Below, in pieces: positions 26,885 to 35,865 of a stretch of 64,000 bases of DNA. The stretch is from Armatimonadota bacterium. Lineage in GTDB: Bacteria; Bacillota; Desulfotomaculia; Desulfotomaculales; Nap2-2B. Where the stretch lies: the NCBI GenBank assembly GCA_023511535.1, contig JAIMBK010000007.1, positions 3,866 to 67,865 on the forward strand, written 5' to 3'. Below the pieces are notes generated by a model, which did not search any database, was not told where the DNA came from, and worked only from the letters and a program-made list of their open reading frames with translations. How positions within the stretch are numbered: position 1 is the first letter of the stretch; each line of letters starts with the position of its first letter. A program made the translations under genes and the position numbers.

Positions 26885-27208
26885 ATGGTCGGCATGAAAG
26901 CAGCCCTGCCGGTGAAAATGGGCCGCGTCGATAAGTATTTTGAGCGGGCCAAAACCTTTCTCATCCTGGAAGTTGAAGGTCACACGATCAAAAACAAGCA
27001 TTTCTTTTCCGTCAACCCCCACCAAAGCAACCACGGGCAGTTGATTAAGCCTTTTCAAAATACGGGAGTAAAACTAATCATTGTCGATAAAATAAGCGCG
27101 AAGGCCAATCAGGCCCTGAAAGAAAGCGGCTTTCAAGTAATCACCGGCGTCCGCGGCCCCGTTACGGAAGCCGTCCAGAGAATCATTCACGGCCGCCGGC
27201 TTTCCTGA
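26885..27208 (+). CDS. NifB/NifX-family (Fe-Mo cofactor-binding-like) protein
   Basis: MKAALPV...YFERAKTFLI...GVKLII...G.QVITG. Confidence 0.8.
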   Translation: MVGMKAALPVKMGRVDKYFERAKTFLILEVEGHTIKNKHFFSVNPHQSNHGQLIKPFQNTGVKLIIVDKISAKANQALKESGFQVITGVRGPVTEAVQRIIHGRRLS

Positions 27209-27211
27209 TGT

Positions 27212-27625
27212 CTACAGCCATCTTTTGCACCGGCGCCCCCGGCCTCCCGCTCCCCGCTTTCCCCCCGGCCCCTTCCCGGCGGTAACCCACCGGCCGGCCA
27301 GGGCGGCCAGCCCTTCGATCACCACGGGCGCCAGGGCGGCCAGGGCGGCGGGCAGTGTTGTTCCCTTTCCCTTTTCTCTCAGAATTGCCGGGCCGGCTTT
27401 TTCTTCAGGAACGCGTGGCCGTCCGGCGGCCCTTGCCGCGGCAGGAGAAATCACCTCGACTTCGTAAATGGCGTTATTGCCGCAGACCTCCCGGCAAGCC
27501 CCGCAGCCGGCGCACAATTCCTGATCAATAAGGGCAGCCTTGCCGCTTACCCTGATCGCCTGCTGCGGACAGGCCTCTGCACACAAGCCGCATCCGTTGC
27601 ACTTTTCCCTGTCTACGTAAAACAT
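27212..27625 (-). CDS. 2x[4Fe-4S] ferredoxin with a hydrophobic and Gly/Arg-rich tail
   Basis: CNGCGLCAEACP and CAGCGACREVC. Confidence 0.85.
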   Translation of the reverse strand: MFYVDREKCNGCGLCAEACPQQAIRVSGKAALIDQELCAGCGACREVCGNNAIYEVEVISPAAARAAGRPRVPEEKAGPAILREKGKGTTLPAALAALAPVVIEGLAALAGRWVTAGKGPGGKRGAGGRGRRCKRWL

Positions 27626-27737
27626 TAACTACCGCTCCTTTAAATTTGATTATGTACATACGTTTAATAATAATATACCACATCCTTTCTTTCAGACAAG
27701 CCCGCTTTGCCTTGTATTATTTTCCGCTTAAAAATAT

Positions 27738-27780
27738 AAGGGCCCGTCCGCAATTTTCAAATTGAACGGCCGGGCCCTTC
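27738..27780. terminator. Stem-loop downstream of the CCG-domain gene
   Basis: aagggcccg...cgggccctt. Confidence 0.55.
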
Positions 27781-27786
27781 TTGACA

Positions 27787-29022
27787 CTATTTCTTTTCCG
27801 GAAAAATTAACGCTTTGCTCACCAGGTGGTGAATGTGCGCCAGCTTTGCGTCAAGCTTGTAATATTTAATGATGTCGTTTAACTGGTCCCAACAGTTATG
27901 GCAGGGGGTGACGACGATTTTCGCGCCTGTTCTTTCAATCTGTTCGGCTTTTAATTTTCCTTTGGCCATCCGGTAAGGATAAATTTCGCTCCCCATGGAA
28001 AGGAGGCCGCCGCCGCCGCCGCAGCAGTAATTATACTCCCGGTTGGGCCACATTTCACGAAAATCCAGGCAGGCGTGTTGTAAACAGTACCTGGGTTCTT
28101 CGACAATTCCTTCTTTGCGGACGGCGTTGCAGGGGTCGTGAAAGGTAACCGGTTCGGGGTTGCGGGTGGGGTCGAGCTTGATTCTCCCTTCTTTTATCCA
28201 CTGGGCCTGGAGCTGCACGAAGCTGATCACCGGGTAATCCTTGTGGAGCCACACTTTCCGCCCCCACATCTGGGCATGCGTGGCGTGGCCGCACTCCGTC
28301 ACCACCACTACTTTTGCCTTCAGGCGCACGTATTCCCCGTAAATCCGCTCCAGCATGATCCGGGACGCCTCGTCGTCGCCGCTGAAATAGGCATAGTGGG
28401 TGGCGTCCCACCACCGGCTGCTGCACGTCCAGTTGGCGCCGGCGGCCCACATGATGGTCAGGATGCTCTGGATGTCCTGGGGATAATATTTGATCTCCCG
28501 GGGGTCCCAGAGAAATAAATAATCCGCCCCCTCCTTGTCCACCTCAATTTTAATGTTGGGGTCGCCTATCTCGTTGGCCGTTTCCTCCGCCATCCACTCC
28601 AGGGTCTCCAGGTAATCTTCCTGCGTAACCTCCATCTGGTTGCCGGTATTGATCTGGGCGTTCACCACGTCCTGCAAAAAGCCCGGGGCGTATACACCCT
28701 GACTGACCAGCATACCCCGCACGGTGCGCACGATGCCGGCGATATCCACGTTCATGGGACATTGCATGGTGCACCGCCCGCACATGGTGCAGGCCCAGAT
28801 AAATTTTGAATTGAGGACTTCTTCGCGCATCCCCAGCAACACCTGCCGGATAAAGACGCGCGGGTCAGCGTTATCGTGGACGCCGTTATAAGGACAGCCA
28901 GCGCTGCACATGCCGCAAGTCAGGCAGTTGGTCAGATCCCGCGGGTTCTTGTCCGTACAGAATTTAGCCATGATCTCTTCCCGAAAAGACGGGTCCAGTT
29001 TGGTGGCCAAAACCGATTCCAA
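27787..29022 (-). CDS. HdrD/GlpC-like Fe-S oxidoreductase (2x[4Fe-4S] plus CCG domain)
   Basis: CLTCGMCSAGCP, CTMCGRCTMQCP, TECGH, HDPC, YCCGGGGG, TPCHNC; likely TTG start 29022 after a G-rich RBS. Confidence 0.88.
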   Translation of the reverse strand: MESVLATKLDPSFREEIMAKFCTDKNPRDLTNCLTCGMCSAGCPYNGVHDNADPRVFIRQVLLGMREEVLNSKFIWACTMCGRCTMQCPMNVDIAGIVRTVRGMLVSQGVYAPGFLQDVVNAQINTGNQMEVTQEDYLETLEWMAEETANEIGDPNIKIEVDKEGADYLFLWDPREIKYYPQDIQSILTIMWAAGANWTCSSRWWDATHYAYFSGDDEASRIMLERIYGEYVRLKAKVVVVTECGHATHAQMWGRKVWLHKDYPVISFVQLQAQWIKEGRIKLDPTRNPEPVTFHDPCNAVRKEGIVEEPRYCLQHACLDFREMWPNREYNYCCGGGGGLLSMGSEIYPYRMAKGKLKAEQIERTGAKIVVTPCHNCWDQLNDIIKYYKLDAKLAHIHHLVSKALIFPEKK

Positions 29023-29234
29023 ATCTCTCCCTCCCCACATATAGCTATTAAAATAACTATATAATTGCAAGCTGTTTTGAGCAATCAGGAAAAAAAACCT
29101 CTTTTGGAGCAAATTATCTGAACCGACGTTGGATATCTCATCTTTTCTTTATTTTATATAACTTCAGATCAATCAGTTAAAAATCTCAAAAAAATACCGG
29201 CCAGACGGCAAAGCGCCCGGCCGATCCTTCCTTC

Positions 29235-29510
29235 TTATTCTTCACCCAGTTCGCGCAGGCGTTTCTTTACTTCCGCCAGCGCTTCTTCCAGATAGGCGGC
29301 CTGTTCCTTTAAAAAATCAACTTCCATTTCCCGGCTGTACGGCGGAGCAAACTGGTACGGCGCCCCCGCCGGCGGGAAACCATAACCAGGCGGGGGAGGT
29401 CCCCAGTACGGATAGCTACCGGTCCAGGGAGGTCCCCAACTGCCGTAACCTCCGTAGCCATACCGCCAGGGACCACCGCCTCCCGGTCCCATCTTATTCC
29501 ATCCAGGCAT
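29235..29510 (-). CDS. DUF5320-like Gly/Tyr/Pro-rich protein with a C-terminal coiled coil
   Basis: GYGGYGSWG...EVDFLKEQAAYLEEALAEVKKRLREL. Confidence 0.75.
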   Translation of the reverse strand: MPGWNKMGPGGGGPWRYGYGGYGSWGPPWTGSYPYWGPPPPGYGFPPAGAPYQFAPPYSREMEVDFLKEQAAYLEEALAEVKKRLRELGEE

Positions 29511-29548
29511 TTAACCAACCTCCCCTCCTGACGAAGTTAAAAATAACC

Positions 29549-29839
29549 TTACCAAACCCACGGGTAAGGAACGGCAGGGTAAGGCGCGACCGGCGCCGGG
29601 TAACCGTACCCGAAGCCGTAAGGACGCCCGACCGGATAGCCGGCTGCGTAAGGCATCACGCCCCGGCGACCTCTTCTGCCCAGTCCCCAAATACCTCTGC
29701 CGCGCCCCCAACCCCGGCCGAAACCGCCACCCCAATAGGGATTGGCGAAACCAGGCGCCGGGAATCCGGCACAATAACCCATCGCCCGACCGGTCAGGGG
29801 ACCGGCACCGTACGGACCAGTTCTATCTCCAGCCGGCAT
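29549..29839 (-). CDS. DUF5320 family protein
   Basis: MPAGDRTGPYGAGPLTGRAMGYCAG, GRGWGRG repeats. Confidence 0.85.
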   Translation of the reverse strand: MPAGDRTGPYGAGPLTGRAMGYCAGFPAPGFANPYWGGGFGRGWGRGRGIWGLGRRGRRGVMPYAAGYPVGRPYGFGYGYPAPVAPYPAVPYPWVW

Positions 29840-29984
29840 TTTAGAATCACCTCCTTATTATGGTCCTGCCTGTTCTCAAAAGTTAATCACCATATTATAT
29901 ACATTAACCATCACTAACGTTTTTTAACCAGCCATTCCCGGATCAACCAGGGGAGCGCCGACCTTTCCTTAAGACAAGTGGAAT

Positions 29985-30383
29985 TCAGTCTTCCCTGCTG
30001 GAAAATAAACTTCTCCTTTTAGCGCTGCCGCGAAAGCGATGCCGGCAACCCCGGCAACCCGGCATGACAAACCTTTTCCAGTGCAAACGGTCGTGCAGGT
30101 AAGCCCGGAAAACATCCTCCACTTCCCCGGTTACCCAGGGAATTACCTGAATGCCCCGGGCCAGCAACTGCTGGTGTAAAAAACCGCTGATCCCCCCGCA
30201 AATGAGTGTTCCCACGCCCAGTCCGGCCAGAAAGTCAGCCCGGAAAGGGGGCGGCACATAACCGATGGATATATCCTGGCGCCCGGCAATCTCTCCTCCC
30301 CGTAATTCCCAAAGAGCGATTTGCTGAGCCGTATCAAAAAGGGGGGACACCCGCGTTCCCCACCGGGTGATCGCAACTTTCAC
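29985..30383 (-). CDS. NifB/NifX-family protein
   Basis: MKVAI...RVSPLFDTA...LICGGIS...GIQVIPWVTG...MPGC. Confidence 0.85.
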   Translation of the reverse strand: MKVAITRWGTRVSPLFDTAQQIALWELRGGEIAGRQDISIGYVPPPFRADFLAGLGVGTLICGGISGFLHQQLLARGIQVIPWVTGEVEDVFRAYLHDRLHWKRFVMPGCRGCRHRFRGSAKRRSLFSSRED

Positions 30384-30500
30384 GATCAGTACCTTCCTCG
30401 CCCGGAATTAATGCCTTGCTTGACGGCCGGGCCGCCTGCGGCCCGGCAGACCAGGCAAGCGCGCTTTTAGCCGCGCGGCAGCTTTGTTCACCGTCCGCCG

Positions 30501-30908
30501 CTAGTGGGCGCATCCTCCGCGGCTCCCTTTTCCCTCTCCGTGACGGCAGGCGCCGGTTCCATCCCCGTGACCATGGCCATGTTCGCACGTACTCGCGCCG
30601 GTCACCAGGCGGTTGGCCAGAAAATCTTCGACCACTCTGTCTACGGCGCCGCTTACTCCCACCACGGGAACAATCCCCTGCCCGGCAAAGAGTTCCTGGG
30701 CGCGCTGGCCCATCCCGCCGGCAAGAATATGCGTAACCCCCTTTTGGGCCAGGTAGCCGGGCAAAAACCCCGGCTGGTGACCCGGGTTGGGAATGATCGT
30801 TTTCTCATTGATTTTTCCGTCCGGACCGACTGTAAACAAAACAAATTCCGCGCAATGCCCGAAATGGGCGGAAACAACACCCTGTTCGCTGGCTACGGCA
30901 ATCTTCAT
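30501..30908 (-). CDS. NifB/NifX-family protein with a His/Cys-rich tail
   Basis: MKIAV...VSAHFGHC...NPGHQPG...GGMG...CEHGHGHG. Confidence 0.88.
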   Translation of the reverse strand: MKIAVASEQGVVSAHFGHCAEFVLFTVGPDGKINEKTIIPNPGHQPGFLPGYLAQKGVTHILAGGMGQRAQELFAGQGIVPVVGVSGAVDRVVEDFLANRLVTGASTCEHGHGHGDGTGACRHGEGKGSRGGCAH

Positions 30909-30976
30909 CAACCAGATACCTCCTTAACTTTCTTTTCACATGATCATTTTTCCAGTCTGCCGCTACTTTTATAACA

Positions 30977-30992
30977 TGCAATTTTCGTGCCA
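30977..30992 (-). promoter_or_regulatory. Sigma-54 (-24/-12) promoter
   Basis: TGGCACGAAAATTGCA, consensus TGGCACG-N4-TTGC. Confidence 0.88.
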
Positions 30993-31044
30993 TAAACAAA
31001 AAGCCGGATTTTAACGGATTTTTTGTTCCAGAGGAAAGAAAAAA

Positions 31045-31090
31045 GGTGCAACATGCACCTATTTTCGAATTGTAAAATTGCATTTTGCAA
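31045..31090. promoter_or_regulatory. Probable upstream activator sites of the sigma-54 activator
   Basis: Palindromes GGTGCAACATGCACC (31045-31059) and TTGCATTTTGCAA (31078-31090). Confidence 0.6.
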
Positions 31091-31157
31091 CCCTGCCTGC
31101 ACTTTAAGCTTTTATCCCGCCGGCAGTTTGTTTGTACCGCCTGTTTTGCACCCCGGC

Positions 31158-32510
31158 CTACGGCCTTTTTTCCGGCGGCGCCTTTATCCCGTAGCGCTTC
31201 ATTTTTCGCCAGAGCGTGGTTTTATCGATGCCCAGTTCGCGGGCGGTGGCCAGACGTTTGAAGTTGTGGCGGGCCAGCGCGTCGGAAATCACCTTTGCCT
31301 CAATTTCGGCCAGGGTTTGCCCGCCGGCCGGAACTACCCCTGCCTTTAATGTTGCATTTTGCAAATAATCGGGCAGGTGCTCGGGCTCAATTATTCCTCC
31401 CCTGGCCAGAATAAAGGTGTGTTCAATAATATTTTCCAGTTCCCGGACGTTGCCGGGAAAATCGTGACGCATTAAAATGGCCAGCGCCTTTTCGGAAATT
31501 CCGGCGATATCTTTTCCCTTTAAGATATTGAAACGAGCAATGAAGTGTTCAACCAAAAGGGGGATATCTTCCCGGCGTTCGACCAGCCGGGGCAGACGCA
31601 ACGTCAGGACGTTAATCCGGTAATACAGGTCACGGCGAAACAAACCCCTTTCGACCAGTTCCTCCAGATTTTTGTTGGTCGCCGCCAGCACCCGCACATC
31701 GGCCTTGACCGGCCTGGTGGCGCCCAGCGGCTCGTATTCTTTTTCCTGCAGCACCCGCAATAGCTTGACCTGCAGGGCCGCCGAAATATCGCCAATCTCG
31801 TCCAGGAACAGGGTGCCGCCCTGGGCGCGCGCAAAACGGCCGGGCTTGCTTTTTTTAGCGTCGGTAAAGGCGCCCGCTTCGTAACCGAACAGCTCCGCCT
31901 CCAGTAAAGTGTCGGGAAGGGCGGCACAATTTACGGCCACCAGGGGGCCGCTTGAGCGCGGGCTTAAATTGTGGATCGCTCTCGCCAGCAATTCTTTTCC
32001 GGAACCGGTGGGCCCTGTAATTAAAACCGTGCTGTCGCTTTGCGCTACATCCGGCAAAATTTTAAAAATCTGCTGCATCTGGTAATTTTTGCTGATGATA
32101 TCAGCAAAAGTATACCTGCCGTGCAGTTCTTTGCGTAATTCCTCCACCAGACTTAAATCCCGGAAAGTTTCTACTCCGCCGATCACCTGCTTTTGCCCGT
32201 CTCTTAAAATACCCGTGCTGATACTGATCGGGATTCTTTTCCCCGCCGCATTCACCACGTAAATTGCTTTGTTCACCACCGGCCGCCCGGTTTCCAGGGT
32301 TTGCTTCAACGCACAATCCGTTTCGCAAATACTGGCCCGGAAAACCTCCCAGCAAAATCGTCCCAGGGCCTCTTGGCGGGAAATTCCGGTAATTTTCTCC
32401 GCCGCCTGGTTAAAAGAAGTCACCCGCCAATTGCGGTCCACCGTAAAAACACCGTCGGATATACTCTCCAGAATGATTTCAGTTGCCTCGATCGCGCTCT
32501 TCCTGCTCAT
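31158..32510 (-). CDS. PAS-domain sigma-54-dependent transcriptional activator
   Basis: PAS N-terminus, GPTGSGKE, GAFTDA, FLDEIG, FPGNVRELEN, Fis-type HTH. Confidence 0.95.
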   Translation of the reverse strand: MSRKSAIEATEIILESISDGVFTVDRNWRVTSFNQAAEKITGISRQEALGRFCWEVFRASICETDCALKQTLETGRPVVNKAIYVVNAAGKRIPISISTGILRDGQKQVIGGVETFRDLSLVEELRKELHGRYTFADIISKNYQMQQIFKILPDVAQSDSTVLITGPTGSGKELLARAIHNLSPRSSGPLVAVNCAALPDTLLEAELFGYEAGAFTDAKKSKPGRFARAQGGTLFLDEIGDISAALQVKLLRVLQEKEYEPLGATRPVKADVRVLAATNKNLEELVERGLFRRDLYYRINVLTLRLPRLVERREDIPLLVEHFIARFNILKGKDIAGISEKALAILMRHDFPGNVRELENIIEHTFILARGGIIEPEHLPDYLQNATLKAGVVPAGGQTLAEIEAKVISDALARHNFKRLATARELGIDKTTLWRKMKRYGIKAPPEKRP

Positions 32511-32586
32511 TACGCCTCAACCTTTTTTTACAATATATCATAACCATGTCCAGAAAACAATCCGTTAAAAAGTTTCCTTAAATTAC

Positions 32587-32637
32587 TTGACATATTTAAA
32601 AAACAAATATAAAATGATAATGAACATAAGTCCGTTA
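32587..32637 (+). promoter_or_regulatory. Sigma-A promoter with a downstream palindromic operator
   Basis: TTGACA 32587-N17-TAAAAT 32610; TAATGAACATAAGTCCGTTA 32618-32637. Confidence 0.75.
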
Positions 32638-32659
32638 TAGAGCAAGGAGGTTCTTTTCA

Positions 32660-33031
32660 GTGAAAGTTGCTATCTGCGCGCAGGGCAACAGCCATACCGC
32701 CCCCCTCGACCCCCGCTTCGGAAGATGCGGCTTTTTTGCCATCGTCGATACGACCCAAAATAAATGGGAATTTATCCCCAATCCAGGCGCCACCAGTGGC
32801 GGCGGAGCCGGCATCCAGGCCGCCCAGGAACTTGCCAAAAGGGGAGTCAAGGCAATCGTTACCGGCCGGGTGGGACCAAATGCAATGGCCGTGCTGCAGT
32901 CGGCTGGAATCGAAGTGTACACCGCCGTGGGGGAAACGGTTCAAGAAGCGTACCAAAATTTTCAAAACAAGAACACAACGCCTTTAGAAAAAGCCAACGC
33001 TCCTTCCCACGCCGGGATTAAGCAAAAGTAG
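32660..33031 (+). CDS. NifB/NifX-family protein
   Basis: DPRFGRC...NP...GGAGIQAAQ...TGRVGPNA. Confidence 0.9.
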   Translation: MKVAICAQGNSHTAPLDPRFGRCGFFAIVDTTQNKWEFIPNPGATSGGGAGIQAAQELAKRGVKAIVTGRVGPNAMAVLQSAGIEVYTAVGETVQEAYQNFQNKNTTPLEKANAPSHAGIKQK

Positions 33032-33053
33032 GGAAAGGCAGGGATTTCACCTC

Positions 33054-33899
33054 ATGATGATTGCCGTTGCCAGCGGCAAAGGCGGCACCGGCAAGACCAC
33101 GGTAGCCGTCAGTCTGGCGCTGGCTTTGGCCGACCGGCAGAAAATCCAGTACCTGGATTGCGACGTGGAGGAACCCAACGGTCATATCTTATTGAAACCG
33201 CGACTGCAGAAAAAAACACCGGTAACTGTTCCGGTCCCCCGGCTCGATCAGGCAAAATGTACCTTTTGCGGGCGTTGTGCGCAAATTTGCGCCTATCACG
33301 CGCTGGCCGTTTTACCGGCAAGCGTGCTGATCTTTCCGGAGATGTGCCATAACTGCGGCGGCTGCTGGTATTTCTGCCCGGAAAAAGCGCTTACTCCTGC
33401 TCCCCGGGAAATCGGCCAGATCGAGGAAGGAGGGGTGGGCGGAATAGAATTTGTGCACGGGCGCCTGAATGTAGGCGTGGCCATCAGTCCCCCCCTGATC
33501 CGGGCCGTCAAAGAGCGCCGCAGAAAAGATGTTCCGGCCATCGTCGATGCGCCCCCGGGAACGTCCTGCCCGGTAATCGAAGCAGTCTCGGGCGTTGACT
33601 TTTGCTTGCTGGTGACCGAACCCACCCCTTTCGGACTGCACGATCTGGAGCTGGCGGCCGAAATGACCAAAGAATTAGGGATTCCGGGGGGAGTTGTGGT
33701 CAACCGCTCCGCTGGACACGATCAAGAAGTAGAAAAGTTCTGCCGGGATAAAAACCTTCCGCTGCTGCTTAAGATCCCCCTGGATCGCGAAGTGGCCGCG
33801 GCGTACTCCCGGGGGTGGCCTCCCTTGACCGTGCGCCCCCGGTGGAAAGAAGATTTTTTAACCCTTTGGGAAAAATGCCGGGAGGTGGCCCGCCCGTGA
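33054..33899 (+). CDS. MinD/Mrp-family P-loop ATPase with a 4Fe-4S ferredoxin insert
   Basis: SGKGGTGKT, DCDVEEPN, two CxxCxxCxxxC motifs, DAPPGTSCP, VTEPTPFG. Confidence 0.92.
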   Translation: MMIAVASGKGGTGKTTVAVSLALALADRQKIQYLDCDVEEPNGHILLKPRLQKKTPVTVPVPRLDQAKCTFCGRCAQICAYHALAVLPASVLIFPEMCHNCGGCWYFCPEKALTPAPREIGQIEEGGVGGIEFVHGRLNVGVAISPPLIRAVKERRRKDVPAIVDAPPGTSCPVIEAVSGVDFCLLVTEPTPFGLHDLELAAEMTKELGIPGGVVVNRSAGHDQEVEKFCRDKNLPLLLKIPLDREVAAAYSRGWPPLTVRPRWKEDFLTLWEKCREVARP

Positions 33900-34753
33900 A
33901 AGAACTGGTCATCATCAGCGGCAAGGGCGGCACCGGCAAGACCTCCCTGGCCGGCGCCTTAGCCGTGCTGGCCGGGAACAAAGTGCTGGTGGACTGCGAC
34001 GTGGACGCGGCAAATTTACACCTTCTCCTGAACCCCCGGGTAGAAAAAGAAGAGCCTTTTTACGGCCTTCCCAAAGCAGTAATCGACCGCGAGCAATGCC
34101 TGGAATGTGAGCTCTGTATGGAGCTCTGTCAATTTGGCGCCATCCGCAATTTTACCGTGAGTGAGCTGGCCTGCGAAGGGTGCGGCGTATGTTTTCACGC
34201 CTGCCCCGACCGGGCAATCCGCATGGTCGAGCACCAGGCGGGGCGGCTTTACGTTTCCAGCACCCGTTACGGTCCTCTGGTCCACGCCCAACTGGGCATC
34301 GCCGAGGGAAATTCGGGCAAGCTGGTCAGCGCCGTCCGCCAGCGGGCAAAAGAAATAGCCGAAAAAGAAGGTTACGGATTGATCATCACGGACGGCCCGC
34401 CGGGGATCGGCTGCCCGGTGATCGCCTGTCTTTCGGGGGCAGACGTGGTTTTGGTGGTAACCGAGCCAACTTTATCGGGACGGCATGATCTGGAACGGGT
34501 TCTCCGGCTGGTCGAACACTTTCAAGAAAAGGCAGCCGTTTGCGTCAATAAATGGGATTTAAGCCCGGAAAATACCCGGGAAATTGAAAATTTTTGCCGC
34601 CAAAAAGAAATTGCCTTGATCGGAAAAATACCCTATGATCCGGCCGTAAACGAAGCCGTCCGCCAAAAAGTACCGGTAGTCCTACATAATTCCGGTGCGG
34701 CCGGGGAAGAGATCGTTAACCTGTGGGATAATCTGGTGAAAATGTTATCTTGA
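33896..34753 (+). CDS. MinD/Mrp-family P-loop ATPase with a 4Fe-4S ferredoxin insert (paralog)
   Basis: GTG 33896 overlapping the upstream stop; SGKGGTGKT, DCDVDAAN, DGPPGIGCP, VTEPT. Confidence 0.92.
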   Translation: MKELVIISGKGGTGKTSLAGALAVLAGNKVLVDCDVDAANLHLLLNPRVEKEEPFYGLPKAVIDREQCLECELCMELCQFGAIRNFTVSELACEGCGVCFHACPDRAIRMVEHQAGRLYVSSTRYGPLVHAQLGIAEGNSGKLVSAVRQRAKEIAEKEGYGLIITDGPPGIGCPVIACLSGADVVLVVTEPTLSGRHDLERVLRLVEHFQEKAAVCVNKWDLSPENTREIENFCRQKEIALIGKIPYDPAVNEAVRQKVPVVLHNSGAAGEEIVNLWDNLVKMLS

Positions 34754-34775
34754 TCAAAAACAGGGGGGATGAAAA

Positions 34776-35054
34776 ATGCCGATTTATGAATATAAATGCC
34801 AGAACTGCGGTAACCGGTTCGAAGTTTTGCAGGGCGTAGGCGAAAAACCACCCGGGACGGAGCCGCTTTGCTGCCCCCGGTGCAAAGGGACGGCCCTGAC
34901 CAGGGTGATGTCGGCGGCGTTCACCCCCCAAAGCAAGTTCCGGGACTCCGGCCCCGGCCCTTCCGGTTGCACCGGGGACGAAAAAGACGGCGGTCCCCCC
35001 GGAGAATCCGGCGGCAACTGGCCGGATAACGACGATTACGTAAAGTTGCCCTGA
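34776..35054 (+). CDS. FmdB-family zinc-ribbon protein
   Basis: MPIYEYKCQNCGNRFE...CPRC. Confidence 0.88.
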   Translation: MPIYEYKCQNCGNRFEVLQGVGEKPPGTEPLCCPRCKGTALTRVMSAAFTPQSKFRDSGPGPSGCTGDEKDGGPPGESGGNWPDNDDYVKLP

Positions 35055-35267
35055 AAATACCTTCGCCAATCCTTTGCCGGGGCGTGTTTGCAGCATGGGT
35101 GTCTACCTTGTGGAGAGTAACTCCTTTTTATTCCATGTCTGGAAGGCAGGAAAAAGAAAATTCCGGTGGATTACATTTAAGTCAGGCCGGTGTTTCTCAA
35201 AACACTGGCTTTTTACTTTTGGTATTGAAAAACAGAAATATTTGTAATAAACTATTTAAGAGATTTA

Positions 35268-35840
35268 TTGTATGAAAGGAATAAAAGCATGATCAACCTG
35301 ACGAATCTGGATCACGAATTTTCTTCCCTGGTCAAAGAAAAAAGCGGCCAGTCCATTGAGTTGTGCTTCCAGTGCCAGAAATGCGCTTCCGGGTGCCCAA
35401 TGGGGGAGCTTACTGACTACTACCCGCATCAAATCATCAGGATGGTGCAATTTGGAATGCGGGAGCGCGTTCTGCAAAGCAAGGCGATCTGGCTCTGCCT
35501 GAGCTGTGAAGCCTGCTCAGTTCGCTGCCCGAACGAGATCAAAATCCCAGCGGTAATGGACGTCTTACGGGCAATGGCCGAAACAAAAACTTCCGGGCGG
35601 GAGAAAAACGCGCCTGTTTTCCATAAAATCTTTCTCAATTCCATAAAATCCAGCGGCCGGGTGCACGAGGCGGTAATGATGGTTAAATACAAGCTGAAAA
35701 CCGGTGATTTATTTTCCGATATTCCCCTGGGACTGCGCATGTTCCGGAAGGGAAAACTACCTCTGATCAGCAAAGGGGTAAAAAACAAGCGGGAAATTAA
35801 AAAGATATTTAACAGGGTAGAACAAAAGTATAGTGAATAA
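35268..35840 (+). CDS. hdrC: Heterodisulfide reductase subunit C
   Basis: CFQCQKCASGCP, IWLCLSCEACSVRCP; start may be ATG 35289. Confidence 0.92.
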   Translation: MYERNKSMINLTNLDHEFSSLVKEKSGQSIELCFQCQKCASGCPMGELTDYYPHQIIRMVQFGMRERVLQSKAIWLCLSCEACSVRCPNEIKIPAVMDVLRAMAETKTSGREKNAPVFHKIFLNSIKSSGRVHEAVMMVKYKLKTGDLFSDIPLGLRMFRKGKLPLISKGVKNKREIKKIFNRVEQKYSE

Positions 35841-35865
35841 AAAGAAGTAGGAAGGGAGAGGAAAA

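Noticed and set aside
26885-33031. Nitrogen fixation inferred from NifB/NifX-family genes
   Set aside because: No nifHDK/ENB in the window; these small domains are widespread in non-diazotrophic anaerobes
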